Below, piece after piece: positions 9,724 through 19,450 of a stretch of 64,000 bases of DNA. Made by a program: the position numbers and the translations under genes. The first letter of the stretch is position 1; every line of letters starts with the position of its first letter. Below the pieces are notes generated by a model. It was given only the letters and a program-made list of their open reading frames with translations, was not told the origin of the DNA and did not search any database. This stretch comes from Tagaea sp. (GTDB lineage Bacteria; Pseudomonadota; Alphaproteobacteria; CACIAM-22H2). The stretch is taken from positions 1,248,001 through 1,312,000 of the forward strand of contig CBDIIB010000005.1 of the NCBI GenBank assembly GCA_965279525.1. The letters are read 5' to 3'.

Positions 9724-9905
9724 GATAAAACCTTGTATTATCGGCGTGGCGCATCAGGCAACGCGGCCCCCGCGTCCGGATGCCAATAGTTCCACCTATT
9801 TAGTCGATTCAGGCATCCGTCGCAACCCACCCCGTCAACCCACTCGAATACATGGGGTTTTTGCAAATTGCGCGGGGTGACTGGCGTACCCCCCGTTCCG
9901 GGGCA

Positions 9906-9923
9906 TGTGGCAATCGGGCCACA
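9906..9923. promoter_or_regulatory. Palindromic operator-like site upstream of the porin
   Basis: Perfect dyad TGTGGC-N6-GCCACA about 40 bp upstream of TTGACC (9961). Confidence 0.45.
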
Positions 9924-10053
9924 CACCCGCTTCCAATTCCGGCAAAAGGCCGCATTCGGGTTGACCGTTCACGGGCCCATGGGCGAAAAACCTCGCGAGC
10001 GGGCGGATCACGACCGCGCGGCCGTAATCTGGCCTCAACATGGAGAAAAAAGT

Positions 10054-11292
10054 ATGAAGAAGCTTCTTCTCGCGACGACGGCGCTGGTCGCTGCGGCAAC
10101 GGCTCCGGCCTTTGCGCAGTCGCCGGCCCAGCCGTTCAGCTCGGCGAACTTCGCCGTGACTGTCGGCGGCTATGCGCGCCAGTTCGTCCAGTACACGGAC
10201 CAGAACAACGTTGCCGGCGCGATCCGCAGCAGCGGCGTCGACCAGGCCTCGGATAACCGCCTCATCCTGACCTTCCGTGCGGCCCTGCCGTCCGGCATGT
10301 CGGCCGGCGCGGTGTGGCAGATCAACCCGAACGCCAACACGGCGACGGGCAACTCGATCACCCGCCGTATGTGGAACTTCATCGAAGGCAGCTTCGGTCA
10401 GGTCCAGCTCGGCGGCGCCGAAAACGTGACCGCGCAGTCGGCAGTCGGCGGCTTCGAAGCCTTCACCGGCGGCATGATCAACGGTGATAACAACGCGGGC
10501 GCATTCGCGACCAACCGCGTTGGCGTCTCCGCCCAGTCGCCGCAGGCATCCAACCCGTCGACGGGCCAGGATATCGACGGCATTTCGAACAAGATCGTGT
10601 ACTACACGCCGCGCATCGAAGGCTTCCAGGCTGGCGTCAACTACACGCCGGAAATGTCGTACCGTCAGGGCCTCGCCACGATCAACACCCAGTACAACAA
10701 CGGCTGGGCCGGCACGGTCAACTTCGTCCGCACGTTCGGCGGCCTCGGCGTTCGCGCTGCCGTCGGCTACATGACGTTCGACAAGCCGTCGGGCTTCGGT
10801 CTCTCGGACGCCGTCAAGAACAGCCTGAAGGATCCTGCTTCGTGGAACGCCGGTCTCGGCTTCCAGATCGCCGGCTTCGACTTCGGCGGTTCGTACCAGA
10901 AGGTCGACAACTGGCGCGTGATCGCTCCGGGCACGACGACGACGGCTGCGGCCGCCCTCGCCGACGGCTTCCGGAACTTCAACGGCCACTCGTACGAACT
11001 CGGTGCGGGCTACGTGTTCGGCGCCGCCGCGGTGTCGGTCAACTACACCGCGTCGCGTAACGACCACTCGACCGTCACGAACGGTGTCGTCACGCAGCAG
11101 GCCAACGGCAAGGACAAGATGGACGCGTTCAGCGCTTCGGGCCGTTACACGCTTGCTCCGGGCGTCGCCGTGAACCTCGGCGTCTTCACCGTGAAGTACA
11201 AGGAAGGCGCTGGCACCAACGCCAACTTCTTCGGCACGGCTGACTCGTCGCGCGCCAATGGCGTGATCTCGGGTCTGACCCTCGCGTTCTGA
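10054..11292 (+). CDS. Outer-membrane porin (Gram-negative porin family)
   Basis: Signal peptide MKKLLLATTAL, GSFGQVQLG, KIVYYTPRIEGFQAGVNYTP, C-terminal Phe; GGAGA SD; strongly biased codons. Confidence 0.92.
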   Translation: MKKLLLATTALVAAATAPAFAQSPAQPFSSANFAVTVGGYARQFVQYTDQNNVAGAIRSSGVDQASDNRLILTFRAALPSGMSAGAVWQINPNANTATGNSITRRMWNFIEGSFGQVQLGGAENVTAQSAVGGFEAFTGGMINGDNNAGAFATNRVGVSAQSPQASNPSTGQDIDGISNKIVYYTPRIEGFQAGVNYTPEMSYRQGLATINTQYNNGWAGTVNFVRTFGGLGVRAAVGYMTFDKPSGFGLSDAVKNSLKDPASWNAGLGFQIAGFDFGGSYQKVDNWRVIAPGTTTTAAAALADGFRNFNGHSYELGAGYVFGAAAVSVNYTASRNDHSTVTNGVVTQQANGKDKMDAFSASGRYTLAPGVAVNLGVFTVKYKEGAGTNANFFGTADSSRANGVISGLTLAF

Positions 11293-11315
11293 TCGACCCA
11301 AATCGATCGGTGGGG

Positions 11316-11347
11316 AAAGGGGCAGCGCAAGCTGCCCCTTTTTCTTT
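11316..11347 (+). terminator. Rho-independent terminator of the porin
   Basis: AAAGGGGCAGC-GCAA-GCTGCCCCTTT followed by a T tract. Confidence 0.85.
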
Positions 11348-11393
11348 GGGGCCCCCTTTTCCTTTGGAGCCCGATGCTTTACTGGAAGCGGCC

Positions 11394-12053
11394 ATGATCG
11401 CCGCCCAGCTTGAATCCGTCCGCGCGCGCATCGACGATGCCGCCCGGCGTGCCGGCCGGCTTCCCGGCGCCGTCACACTCGTCGCAGTCGCGAAAACCTA
11501 TCCTGTCGAAGACGTCGAAGCGGCACTTGCCGCCGGCCAGCACGTGTTCGGCGAGAACCGCGTGCAGGAAGCCATGGCCAAGTACGCGCCGTTGCGCGCC
11601 GGCGGTGCCCGATTCGAACTGCACCTGATCGGCCCGCTGCAATCCAACAAGGTGCGCGAAGCCGTCGCCACGTTCGACGCGATCCAGACCCTCGACCGGC
11701 CCAAGCTCGCGGCAGCTCTTGCAGCCGAGTTCGCGCGCACCGAGCGGCGGCCGCGCCTTTTCGTCCAGGTCAATACGGGTGCCGAGCCGCAGAAGGCCGG
11801 GATCGCGCCTGAATCGGTCGACGCGTTCCTCGACGAGTGCCGCACGGCGCACAAGCTCGCCGTCGAAGGCGTGATGTGCATCCCGCCGGCCGACGAGCCG
11901 GCGGCCCCCCATTTCGCCCTGCTGCGCGAGATCGCGCGCCGGAACGGTCTTCCAGGCCTGTCGATGGGCATGAGCGGCGATTTCGAGACCGCGGTGGCGC
12001 TGGGCGCCACGCATGTGCGCGTGGGCAGCGCCATCTTCGGAAAACGTGTCTAG
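11394..12053 (+). CDS. yggS: PLP homeostasis protein
   Basis: LVAVAKT, FGENRVQE, LHLIGPLQSNK, LSMGMSGDF, VRVGSAIFG. Confidence 0.95.
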   Translation: MIAAQLESVRARIDDAARRAGRLPGAVTLVAVAKTYPVEDVEAALAAGQHVFGENRVQEAMAKYAPLRAGGARFELHLIGPLQSNKVREAVATFDAIQTLDRPKLAAALAAEFARTERRPRLFVQVNTGAEPQKAGIAPESVDAFLDECRTAHKLAVEGVMCIPPADEPAAPHFALLREIARRNGLPGLSMGMSGDFETAVALGATHVRVGSAIFGKRV

Positions 12054-12074
12054 AAGATCAGCGCGCCTAGAAGA

Positions 12075-13163
12075 TCAGATCCCGCGCTTCGACGCTTCGT
12101 CGCGCTGGAGCTGGAGCTGGCGGTAGCGCTCGAGGCCCAACGCCATCGACGCGCTGAAGAACGTCTGCGCGGACTCGCCGGAACTGTCGTAGGCCTCCTG
12201 CGCCTGCAGGGCGGCCGGCAGCGCGTTCGTCGGGGCCTGGCTCCGGTACGTCGCAAGCGCGCGCGCGGCTTCCGCGCGGCGGCCAAGTCCAAGCGTGTCG
12301 TTGACGGCCGGCGAGCGCGTGGACGCATCCATGACCGTGTGCGCCCGCGCCCGATACGAGTCGAGCGGCATGGCACGCATCTCGCCAGATGCCGCGGCGA
12401 CTTGTGCAACTGGGGCGGCAACTGGGGCGGCGACCGGGGCGGCCGCCGGCAGCGGGGCAGGCGTGGCGACTGGCGCTGCGGCAATGGGTGTCGCGATGGG
12501 CGGCATCGCGGCGGAGAGAAACGCGGCAGATGCCGGGATGGCGCCTGCCGTCTGGACAGGCCGGGCGGTCGACGGATCGAGCCACGCCAGCCGCATGTCG
12601 GGATCCTGCGTCGGGCGTGCGGGCTGCGGCGTGTCGGTTCCGGGCGAAGCACCAGCCGCGATCCAGGTCGTCAGCAGGCCCTGGCGTTCGAGAGATCCGC
12701 CTTGCGCGCCGCCGGCTCCGAAAGAAGCGAAATGAAGTTCGCCCGAGTTTGCCGGCGAAAGCGGATCGCCGCCCATCGACGGGACCGACGGGGGCGGGAC
12801 CGGCGCGTTCGTCCCGGGCGACACCATCGCGATCACATGTTCGCCGACATCCTTGCCGCTGATCCCTTCGACGATCGAATTGACGACGGCACTCGCCGCA
12901 CCGAACAACCCGCCGAACAGCAGGCCGCCGACCACGCGCGCGGCCGGCTCGATGGTCGCGCCGGTCACCGAGCGGTAGACCGAGCCGATGACGGGCAGAT
13001 GCTGGAGCGGGTTGAACGCCTCGAGAATGTCGCCGAAGCCGAGCGGCTTGGCGTCGAGATTGACGTACTCGTCCGGCGCGTCCGGATTCCAGGTCTTGAG
13101 CGGACTGGGCCGGATCTCGAAGCGCGGGCCTGCCGCTGGCGTTGAGTTGATCGAATCGCTCAT
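12075..13163 (-). CDS. Conserved hypothetical protein (NPLQHLP motif domain plus Ala/Pro-rich linker)
   Basis: GFGDILEAFNPLQHLPVIGSVYRSVTG...GGLLFGG block; ATG 13163 just downstream of a sigma54 promoter. Confidence 0.75.
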   Translation of the reverse strand: MSDSINSTPAAGPRFEIRPSPLKTWNPDAPDEYVNLDAKPLGFGDILEAFNPLQHLPVIGSVYRSVTGATIEPAARVVGGLLFGGLFGAASAVVNSIVEGISGKDVGEHVIAMVSPGTNAPVPPPSVPSMGGDPLSPANSGELHFASFGAGGAQGGSLERQGLLTTWIAAGASPGTDTPQPARPTQDPDMRLAWLDPSTARPVQTAGAIPASAAFLSAAMPPIATPIAAAPVATPAPLPAAAPVAAPVAAPVAQVAAASGEMRAMPLDSYRARAHTVMDASTRSPAVNDTLGLGRRAEAARALATYRSQAPTNALPAALQAQEAYDSSGESAQTFFSASMALGLERYRQLQLQRDEASKRGI

Positions 13164-13175
13164 CGCGACAGGCGA

Positions 13176-13256
13176 TGCAAGCGCCAATCCAAGTCATATC
13201 TGTTTTAAATCAATAGCTTAGTTCGACAAAATCCGGCAGCCCGGCAGATTCTGCCG
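13176..13256 (-). promoter_or_regulatory. Sigma54 promoter with IHF site and upstream dyad
   Basis: Minus strand TTGG-ATTGGCGC-TTGCA at 13192-13176; AATCAA-TAGC-TTA at 13208-13220 (exact IHF consensus); CGGCAG-att-CTGCCG at 13242-13256. Confidence 0.72.
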
Positions 13257-13278
13257 ACGCACTTTTGCCGTCCGGCCG

Positions 13279-13953
13279 CTAACGGCCCTGCTGGTTCGAG
13301 CCGGCGCCGTGGTTGGGATCGACAAAGGCGAAGCGGGCCGGGTCGATCGGCTGCCCGACCTTGGGGTCGAGCAGCGTCAGGCGCGTCGTCTGGCCCTGGG
13401 AATCGACGAACGACCAGCTGGCCAGCGCGAAGGGCCGTTCGCTGAAGGCAAGGACGAGGCGGCCGGCGCGCGGATCGTCGGCCTGGACGAGGGCAATGCG
13501 CAACACCGCCGGACCGCGTTCGATCGCGACGACGCGCACGTCGCCCGACAGCTGGATGCGCTCGCGCACCAGCAATCCCGCCGGCGTCGAGTTGATGGGC
13601 AGGTAGGCGATCGTCTTCAGGTGCCGGTCGATATGGACGAATGCGCGGCCGTCGGACACGAGCAGGTTGGGATTTGGCGCGTCGTAATCGAGCCGGAGCT
13701 TGCCCGGCCGCGACAAAAAGAACCCGCCCTCGGCGACCGACCCGTCGGGGCCGATCTGCAGGAAGCGCGCTTCGAGCGTGCGGATCGAATCGAGATAGCC
13801 TTCCGCGCGCGCGATGTCGGCGCTGTCGGCGGCCGCAGGCGCCCCGCCGCTTTGCGCGCGTGCGGGACCCTGCGCTACAACGAATGGCGCTACGACGAAC
13901 GCGAGAGCGCCGCCAAGCAGGCTGCGGCGCGTGATATTTCGAAACGGACCCAT
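13279..13953 (-). CDS. lolA: Outer-membrane lipoprotein carrier protein LolA
   Basis: YLDSIRTLEARFLQ, SRPGKLRLDY, LLVSDG; N-terminal signal peptide with TRRSLL. Confidence 0.88.
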   Translation of the reverse strand: MGPFRNITRRSLLGGALAFVVAPFVVAQGPARAQSGGAPAAADSADIARAEGYLDSIRTLEARFLQIGPDGSVAEGGFFLSRPGKLRLDYDAPNPNLLVSDGRAFVHIDRHLKTIAYLPINSTPAGLLVRERIQLSGDVRVVAIERGPAVLRIALVQADDPRAGRLVLAFSERPFALASWSFVDSQGQTTRLTLLDPKVGQPIDPARFAFVDPNHGAGSNQQGR

Positions 13954-14003
13954 CGGCGTTGTATTGCCGCAGAAATGGGGCTTGAACAAGGCGGAAGCGA
14001 ACG

Positions 14004-14861
14004 ATGCACAGACCCTATGCGTATCCTGACGACCAGGCCGCCCTCGACGCGCTGTTCAACAACCGCGCGCGCTGGCCGGATTTCGGCACCACCGTCGCGG
14101 GCTGGGTGCGGGCGGGCGAGGCGGCGCTGGCCCGGCCGGGCTGGCATCTCGATCTGCCATACGGACCCGGGCCCAAGCAGACGCTCGACCTGCTGGTGCC
14201 CGCGCGCAAGGGGGCTGCACGGGCCCCGTTGTTCGTCTTCATCCATGGCGGCTACTGGCAGTCGCTCGACAAGAGCGACGTGCGCGGCCTTGCACCCGCC
14301 TTCGCCGCGCGCGGCATCGCCTACGCCACGCTCAACTATTCATTGTGCCCGGACGTGAGCGTCGAGGCGATCGTCCGCCAGATCCGCGCCGCGTACGATT
14401 TCCTGTGGCGCGAGGCGCCACGGCTGGGCTGCGATCCAGCACGCATCCATGTCGGCGGCCATTCCGCCGGCGGCCATCTCGCGACGATGCTGTGCACGAT
14501 GGACGATCTGCCGGTGTGGCCCGCAGGATGCTTCTCCGTGTCGGGCGTCTACGATCTCGATCCGTTGCGCCGCAGCTACCAGCAGCCCGTGCTGCGCCTG
14601 ACGGCACGCGAGGTCGCACTTTATTCGCCGCTCGCACTTCGACCGCAGCCCTGCACCCGTCTGCAGGTCACCGTCGGCGGCGACGAACTGGGCGCCTTCA
14701 TCGGCCAGCAGGCCGATCTGGTGCACGCCTGGCGCAGGGCAGGGGCCGCAGTCACGGTCGTTCCGGCCCCCGGCCTCAATCATTTCACCATCGTCGACAA
14801 GGTTGCCGACTTCACGCATCCGGTCGGCAAGGCGGCACTGGCGACGATCCAAAGCGTTTGA
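14004..14861 (+). CDS. Alpha/beta hydrolase (kynurenine formamidase/arylformamidase-like)
   Basis: FIHGGYW oxyanion motif, GHSAGG nucleophile, C-terminal NHF. Confidence 0.85.
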   Translation: MHRPYAYPDDQAALDALFNNRARWPDFGTTVAGWVRAGEAALARPGWHLDLPYGPGPKQTLDLLVPARKGAARAPLFVFIHGGYWQSLDKSDVRGLAPAFAARGIAYATLNYSLCPDVSVEAIVRQIRAAYDFLWREAPRLGCDPARIHVGGHSAGGHLATMLCTMDDLPVWPAGCFSVSGVYDLDPLRRSYQQPVLRLTAREVALYSPLALRPQPCTRLQVTVGGDELGAFIGQQADLVHAWRRAGAAVTVVPAPGLNHFTIVDKVADFTHPVGKAALATIQSV

Positions 14862-14962
14862 TGCCAGGCTGACGTCCGGCTGTAACCCGACGGCAACACA
14901 GACCTTGAAACAAGGTTACAGAAACCCGAAACGGAACCTTTCCGGTCGATTCGCATGCCATC

Positions 14963-14978
14963 TGGAACATGGCTTGCT
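14963..14978 (+). promoter_or_regulatory. Putative sigma54 promoter of the TorF-family porin
   Basis: TGGAAC-ATGGC-TTGCT (GG-N10-GC) about 35 bp upstream of ATG 15014. Confidence 0.6.
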
Positions 14979-15013
14979 GGTGGATATGCAAACTTGGCAA
15001 AACGAGGGTCAAA

Positions 15014-15889
15014 ATGCTTCAAGTGTCTAGGATTTCGACATATTTCGGTGCAATTGTCGCAGTTTTCGGCATCGCCGCCGTCAGCGCGCCGGCACAGGCG
15101 CAGATTGAAACTTCGGTCGGGACGTTCGCGCCGTCGGTGACGATCACGAGCAACTACATCTTCCGCGGCATTTCGCAGTCGCGCAAGGATCCGGCCATCC
15201 AGGCGAATCTCGAATACACCTACGAGATCGGCGCCTTCACGCCTTATGCCGGCATGTTCGCCTCGACGACCAAGTTCCCGTCGAACAACACCCCGGCCGG
15301 CACGGTCGACATCCGCCAGCCGCGCGAACTCGACTTCTTCGGCGGCGTGCGCTGGAAGACCCCGCTCTCCGGCCTCTCGGTCGATCTCGGGTTCATCAGC
15401 TACACCTATCCGGGCAACACGGCTGACCAGAACATCGGTGCCGGCCCGAACACCTACGGCAACCCGCAATGGAACGAACTCTACGGCAAGGCCGCCTTCG
15501 ATTTCGGCCTCGCGACGGCCGTCGGCTCGGTCTACTACGCCAAGGACTTCTCCTACGGCTCGGGCAAGGCCATGTACTACGAAGGCGGCTTCGACGTGCC
15601 GCTGCCGTTGTCGATCCTCGGCTCGGCGCGCCTCGGCCGCCAGACGATCGAACGCAACGCCAGCTGGGGCACGCCGGATTACACGACGTGGAACGTGGGC
15701 GTCGCCCGCGACATGGAGTGGCCGTTCGCCTTCACGGCGTCGCTGGTCTACTCGGACACCAACATCAAGCGCGGTTCCTCGCTCGGGATCGACAACGTGG
15801 CGGTGCCGAACGCGAATGTGAACCTCGGCTCCGACACGTATGAGCAGACCAAGGGCCAGGTCTCGCTTTCGCTGACGAAGAAGTTCTAA
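15014..15889 (+). CDS. TorF/Gcw_chp (TIGR02001)-family putative porin
   Basis: SNYIFRGISQS..PAIQ, ELDFFGG, YTYPG, C-terminal Phe; signal peptide. Confidence 0.88.
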   Translation: MLQVSRISTYFGAIVAVFGIAAVSAPAQAQIETSVGTFAPSVTITSNYIFRGISQSRKDPAIQANLEYTYEIGAFTPYAGMFASTTKFPSNNTPAGTVDIRQPRELDFFGGVRWKTPLSGLSVDLGFISYTYPGNTADQNIGAGPNTYGNPQWNELYGKAAFDFGLATAVGSVYYAKDFSYGSGKAMYYEGGFDVPLPLSILGSARLGRQTIERNASWGTPDYTTWNVGVARDMEWPFAFTASLVYSDTNIKRGSSLGIDNVAVPNANVNLGSDTYEQTKGQVSLSLTKKF

Positions 15890-15908
15890 AGCCTCGGCTT
15901 TTCAACGG

Positions 15909-15948
15909 ATGGGCCGCCGGGTTCCGCCCGGCGGCCCATTTTGTTTTC
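15909..15948 (+). terminator. Rho-independent terminator
   Basis: ATGGGCCGCCGGG-ttccg-CCCGGCGGCCCAT then TTTGTTTTC. Confidence 0.8.
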
Positions 15949-15978
15949 TGACCCCGAATTGCTAGACTCGGGCCCGCG

Positions 15979-16640
15979 ATGAGCGGTATCCGAGTCCTCC
16001 TTCTGGCCGATGCGGCCCTGGGTCCTGTCCTTGGCGAAGCGCTGCGCGCGCACGGTTTCCGCGTCGAGGTGACGGCGGCGGCCGATGCGGCCCTGGTCCT
16101 TGCCGGGGGCATCGGATTCGACGTGGCGGTCGTCGACCGGGGCGTGCTGGGCAAACGGGCGTCTGCCGTCATCGCGCGTATGCGCAAGGTCATGTCGGCC
16201 CCGCTGTGCCTGCTGGTCGCGGGCCGGATCGCCGCCGCCCCGGCCGCCGACACCGTGCTTGCGAAACCCGTCCGGATCCCTGTCCTGGCCGCTGCCGTAC
16301 GCGAACTTGCCGGCGGCCAGCGCCGCCCGCGAATCGGCGGATTCGAGTTCCGGGCCGCCGGCCGCGTGCTCCACGACCCGAAAAACCGCAATGAAATCCG
16401 CCTGACCGAGACCGAAACGGGCCTCCTCGACAGGCTCCACAAGGCCGGGGGCAAGCCGCTTGCGCGGGAAGACTTGCTCCGGGCAGTCTGGGGATATAAT
16501 TCGAAGGTATCGACACGCACGCTGGAGACGCACGTCTACCGCCTGCGCCAGAAGATCGAGCGCGATCCGGCCCGCGCCCGCCTGTTGCTGACGGTGCAGG
16601 GAGGATATCGCTTGGTGCTGCGTGAAAAGGACAAGTCCCG

Positions 16641-16644
<4 letters not shown>
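15979..16644 (+). CDS. OmpR-family response regulator, CenR-like, with degenerate receiver
   Basis: wHTH IRLTETE...VWGYNSKVSTRTLETHVYRLRQKIE resembles the CenR C-terminus; located near lolA/yggS/leuS as cenR usually is. Confidence 0.8.
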
Positions 16645-17470
<826 letters not shown>

Positions 17471-17474
<4 letters not shown>

Positions 17475-18295
17475 GTGCCCTGCGCCGTCTGCTGTTCGAG
17501 GCCGCCACGCTTTTCGGCCAGGCGCGCGGCTTCTTCATTCCCTACCGCCATGCCGCCGGCGTGCGCCCCCCGCCTGCATATCCCGCACTTGCCCGCCGGT
17601 TCGAGGCGGCGCGCGCGACGTTCCTGGGCGGCCTCGACGCGATCGCGGCACACCGCGCCACGCTGCTTTCCTTTGCCGACGTGCCGCCGCCGGCACCGCG
17701 CTGGACGCAAGACTGGTTCCCCGGGCTCGACGCGGCATTCGCCTATGCGCTCGTGCGCGACCGCAAGCCCGGACGAATAATCGAGATCGGTTCGGGCCAT
17801 TCGACCCGCTTCATGGCGCGCGCCGTCGCCGACGGAAAACTCGCGACGCAGATCACCTGCATCGATCCCGATCCGCGTGCCTCGCTCGACGGGCTTGGCG
17901 TCACATGGCATCGCCACCGGCTCGAGGAAACCGAATGCGCGCTCGACACGCTGGTCGCCGGCGACGTGCTGTTCGTCGATTCCTCGCACATCCTGATGCC
18001 CGGCACGGATGTCGATCACGTGCTCGCGCGCGTGCTCCCCGTGCTGCCGGCGGGCGCACTCGTGCATTTCCACGACATCTTCCTGCCCGAACCCTATCCG
18101 GCGGCGTGGGCCTGGCGCGGCTACAACGAACAGAACGCGGTCGCGGGCCTGCTCGCCGGCAGCGCCTTCGATCTCGTCTGGGGATCGGCGTGGATCCGGC
18201 ACAACATGGGCAGCGAGATCGCCGCGCGCGGCCTCGACGCGATCCCGATGCCGGCGGGCGCACTTCCCGCCAGCCTGTGGCTGGTCAAAAGCTGA
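17471..18295 (+). CDS. Class I SAM-dependent methyltransferase (Methyltransf_24-like)
   Basis: IIEIGSGHST, LFVDSSH, VHFHDIFLP..YP, YNEQ. Confidence 0.82.
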
Positions 18296-19450
18296 CTACT
18301 TGTAGGGATCGGCCGCGTCGCGCAGCCCGTCGCCGAGGAAATTGAACGCCAGCACCGTCGCGATCACCGCGAAGACCGGCAGCAGCAGCCACGGATAGAG
18401 CGCCACGACATTGATGTTCTGCGCCTCGGTCAGCAGCACGCCCCACGACGTGATCGGCGGGCGCAGGCCAAGGCCCAAGAAGGACAGCGCCGTCTCGCCC
18501 AGGATCATCGTCGGGATCGCGAGTGTGGCCGACGCGATCAGGTGGCTCATGAAGCTGGGCACCAGATGGCGGAAGATGATGCGCCGGGGCTTGGCGCCCA
18601 TCAGGTTGGCGGCCGTGCAGAAATCCTCTTCGCGCAAGGACAAAAGCTTCGAGCGCACCGCGCGCCCCAGCCCCGTCCATCCGATGAGGCCCAGGATCAG
18701 CGTGATGCCGAAATAGATGTAGAGCGGGCTCCACGACACCGGCAGCGAGGCCGACAGCGCCATCCACAGCGGCAGTTCGGGGAACGAGCGGATGATCTCG
18801 ATCACGCGCTGGATCACCATGTCGACCCAGCCGCCATAATAGCCGGCAAGCCCGCCCAGCACGATGCCGAGCACGAACTTGATCGTCACGCCGATCAGGC
18901 CGATCGTGAGCGATATCCGTGTCCCGTAGGCAAGCCGGCTGAACATGTCGCGCCCCAGCCGGTCGGTGCCGAGCAGGAACAGCGTGCCGCCCTCGGCCGG
19001 GCAGACGATATGCACGCTGCCTTCGACCATGCCCATCCACTCGTAGCCGTCGCCGCGGCAGAAGAAGCGGATCGGCTGGACCTTGTCTGGATTCGGCACG
19101 TAGTTGCGCTTGAGCGTGTCCATGTCGAGCGAGTAGTCGAGCCCGTAGACGAACGGGCCGACGAACCGCCCGTCGTGCCACAGATGCACGGCCTGCGGCG
19201 GCGCATAGATGAAATCGGTGTTGCGCGTGCCGATGGCGTAGGGTGCAATCATCTCGCTGATCAGGATCGACGCGTACATCACGAGCAGGAAAACGCCCGA
19301 CCAGACCGCGAGCTTGTGGCGCTTCAGCTTCCACCACATCAGCTTCCACTGCGTGGCCATGTAGTAGCTTTCGAGCGCCGGGTCCGTCTTCTCGCCGTCA
19401 TAGGCGTCGAACGGCTCGCGGCGCACGTAGTGGGGCAGGGTGTCGCTCAT
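18296..19450 (-). CDS. ABC transporter permease (DppC/OppC-like)
   Basis: LGTDRLGRD, EAA-like loop, ETALSFLGLG..P..SWG. Confidence 0.9.
   Translation of the reverse strand: MSDTLPHYVRREPFDAYDGEKTDPALESYYMATQWKLMWWKLKRHKLAVWSGVFLLVMYASILISEMIAPYAIGTRNTDFIYAPPQAVHLWHDGRFVGPFVYGLDYSLDMDTLKRNYVPNPDKVQPIRFFCRGDGYEWMGMVEGSVHIVCPAEGGTLFLLGTDRLGRDMFSRLAYGTRISLTIGLIGVTIKFVLGIVLGGLAGYYGGWVDMVIQRVIEIIRSFPELPLWMALSASLPVSWSPLYIYFGITLILGLIGWTGLGRAVRSKLLSLREEDFCTAANLMGAKPRRIIFRHLVPSFMSHLIASATLAIPTMILGETALSFLGLGLRPPITSWGVLLTEAQNINVVALYPWLLLPVFAVIATVLAFNFLGDGLRDAADPYK

Noticed and set aside
12395-12500. AAPVA-type repeats (caactggggcgg twice)
   Set aside because: Coding Ala/Pro linker; no constant repeat-spacer structure, so not CRISPR.
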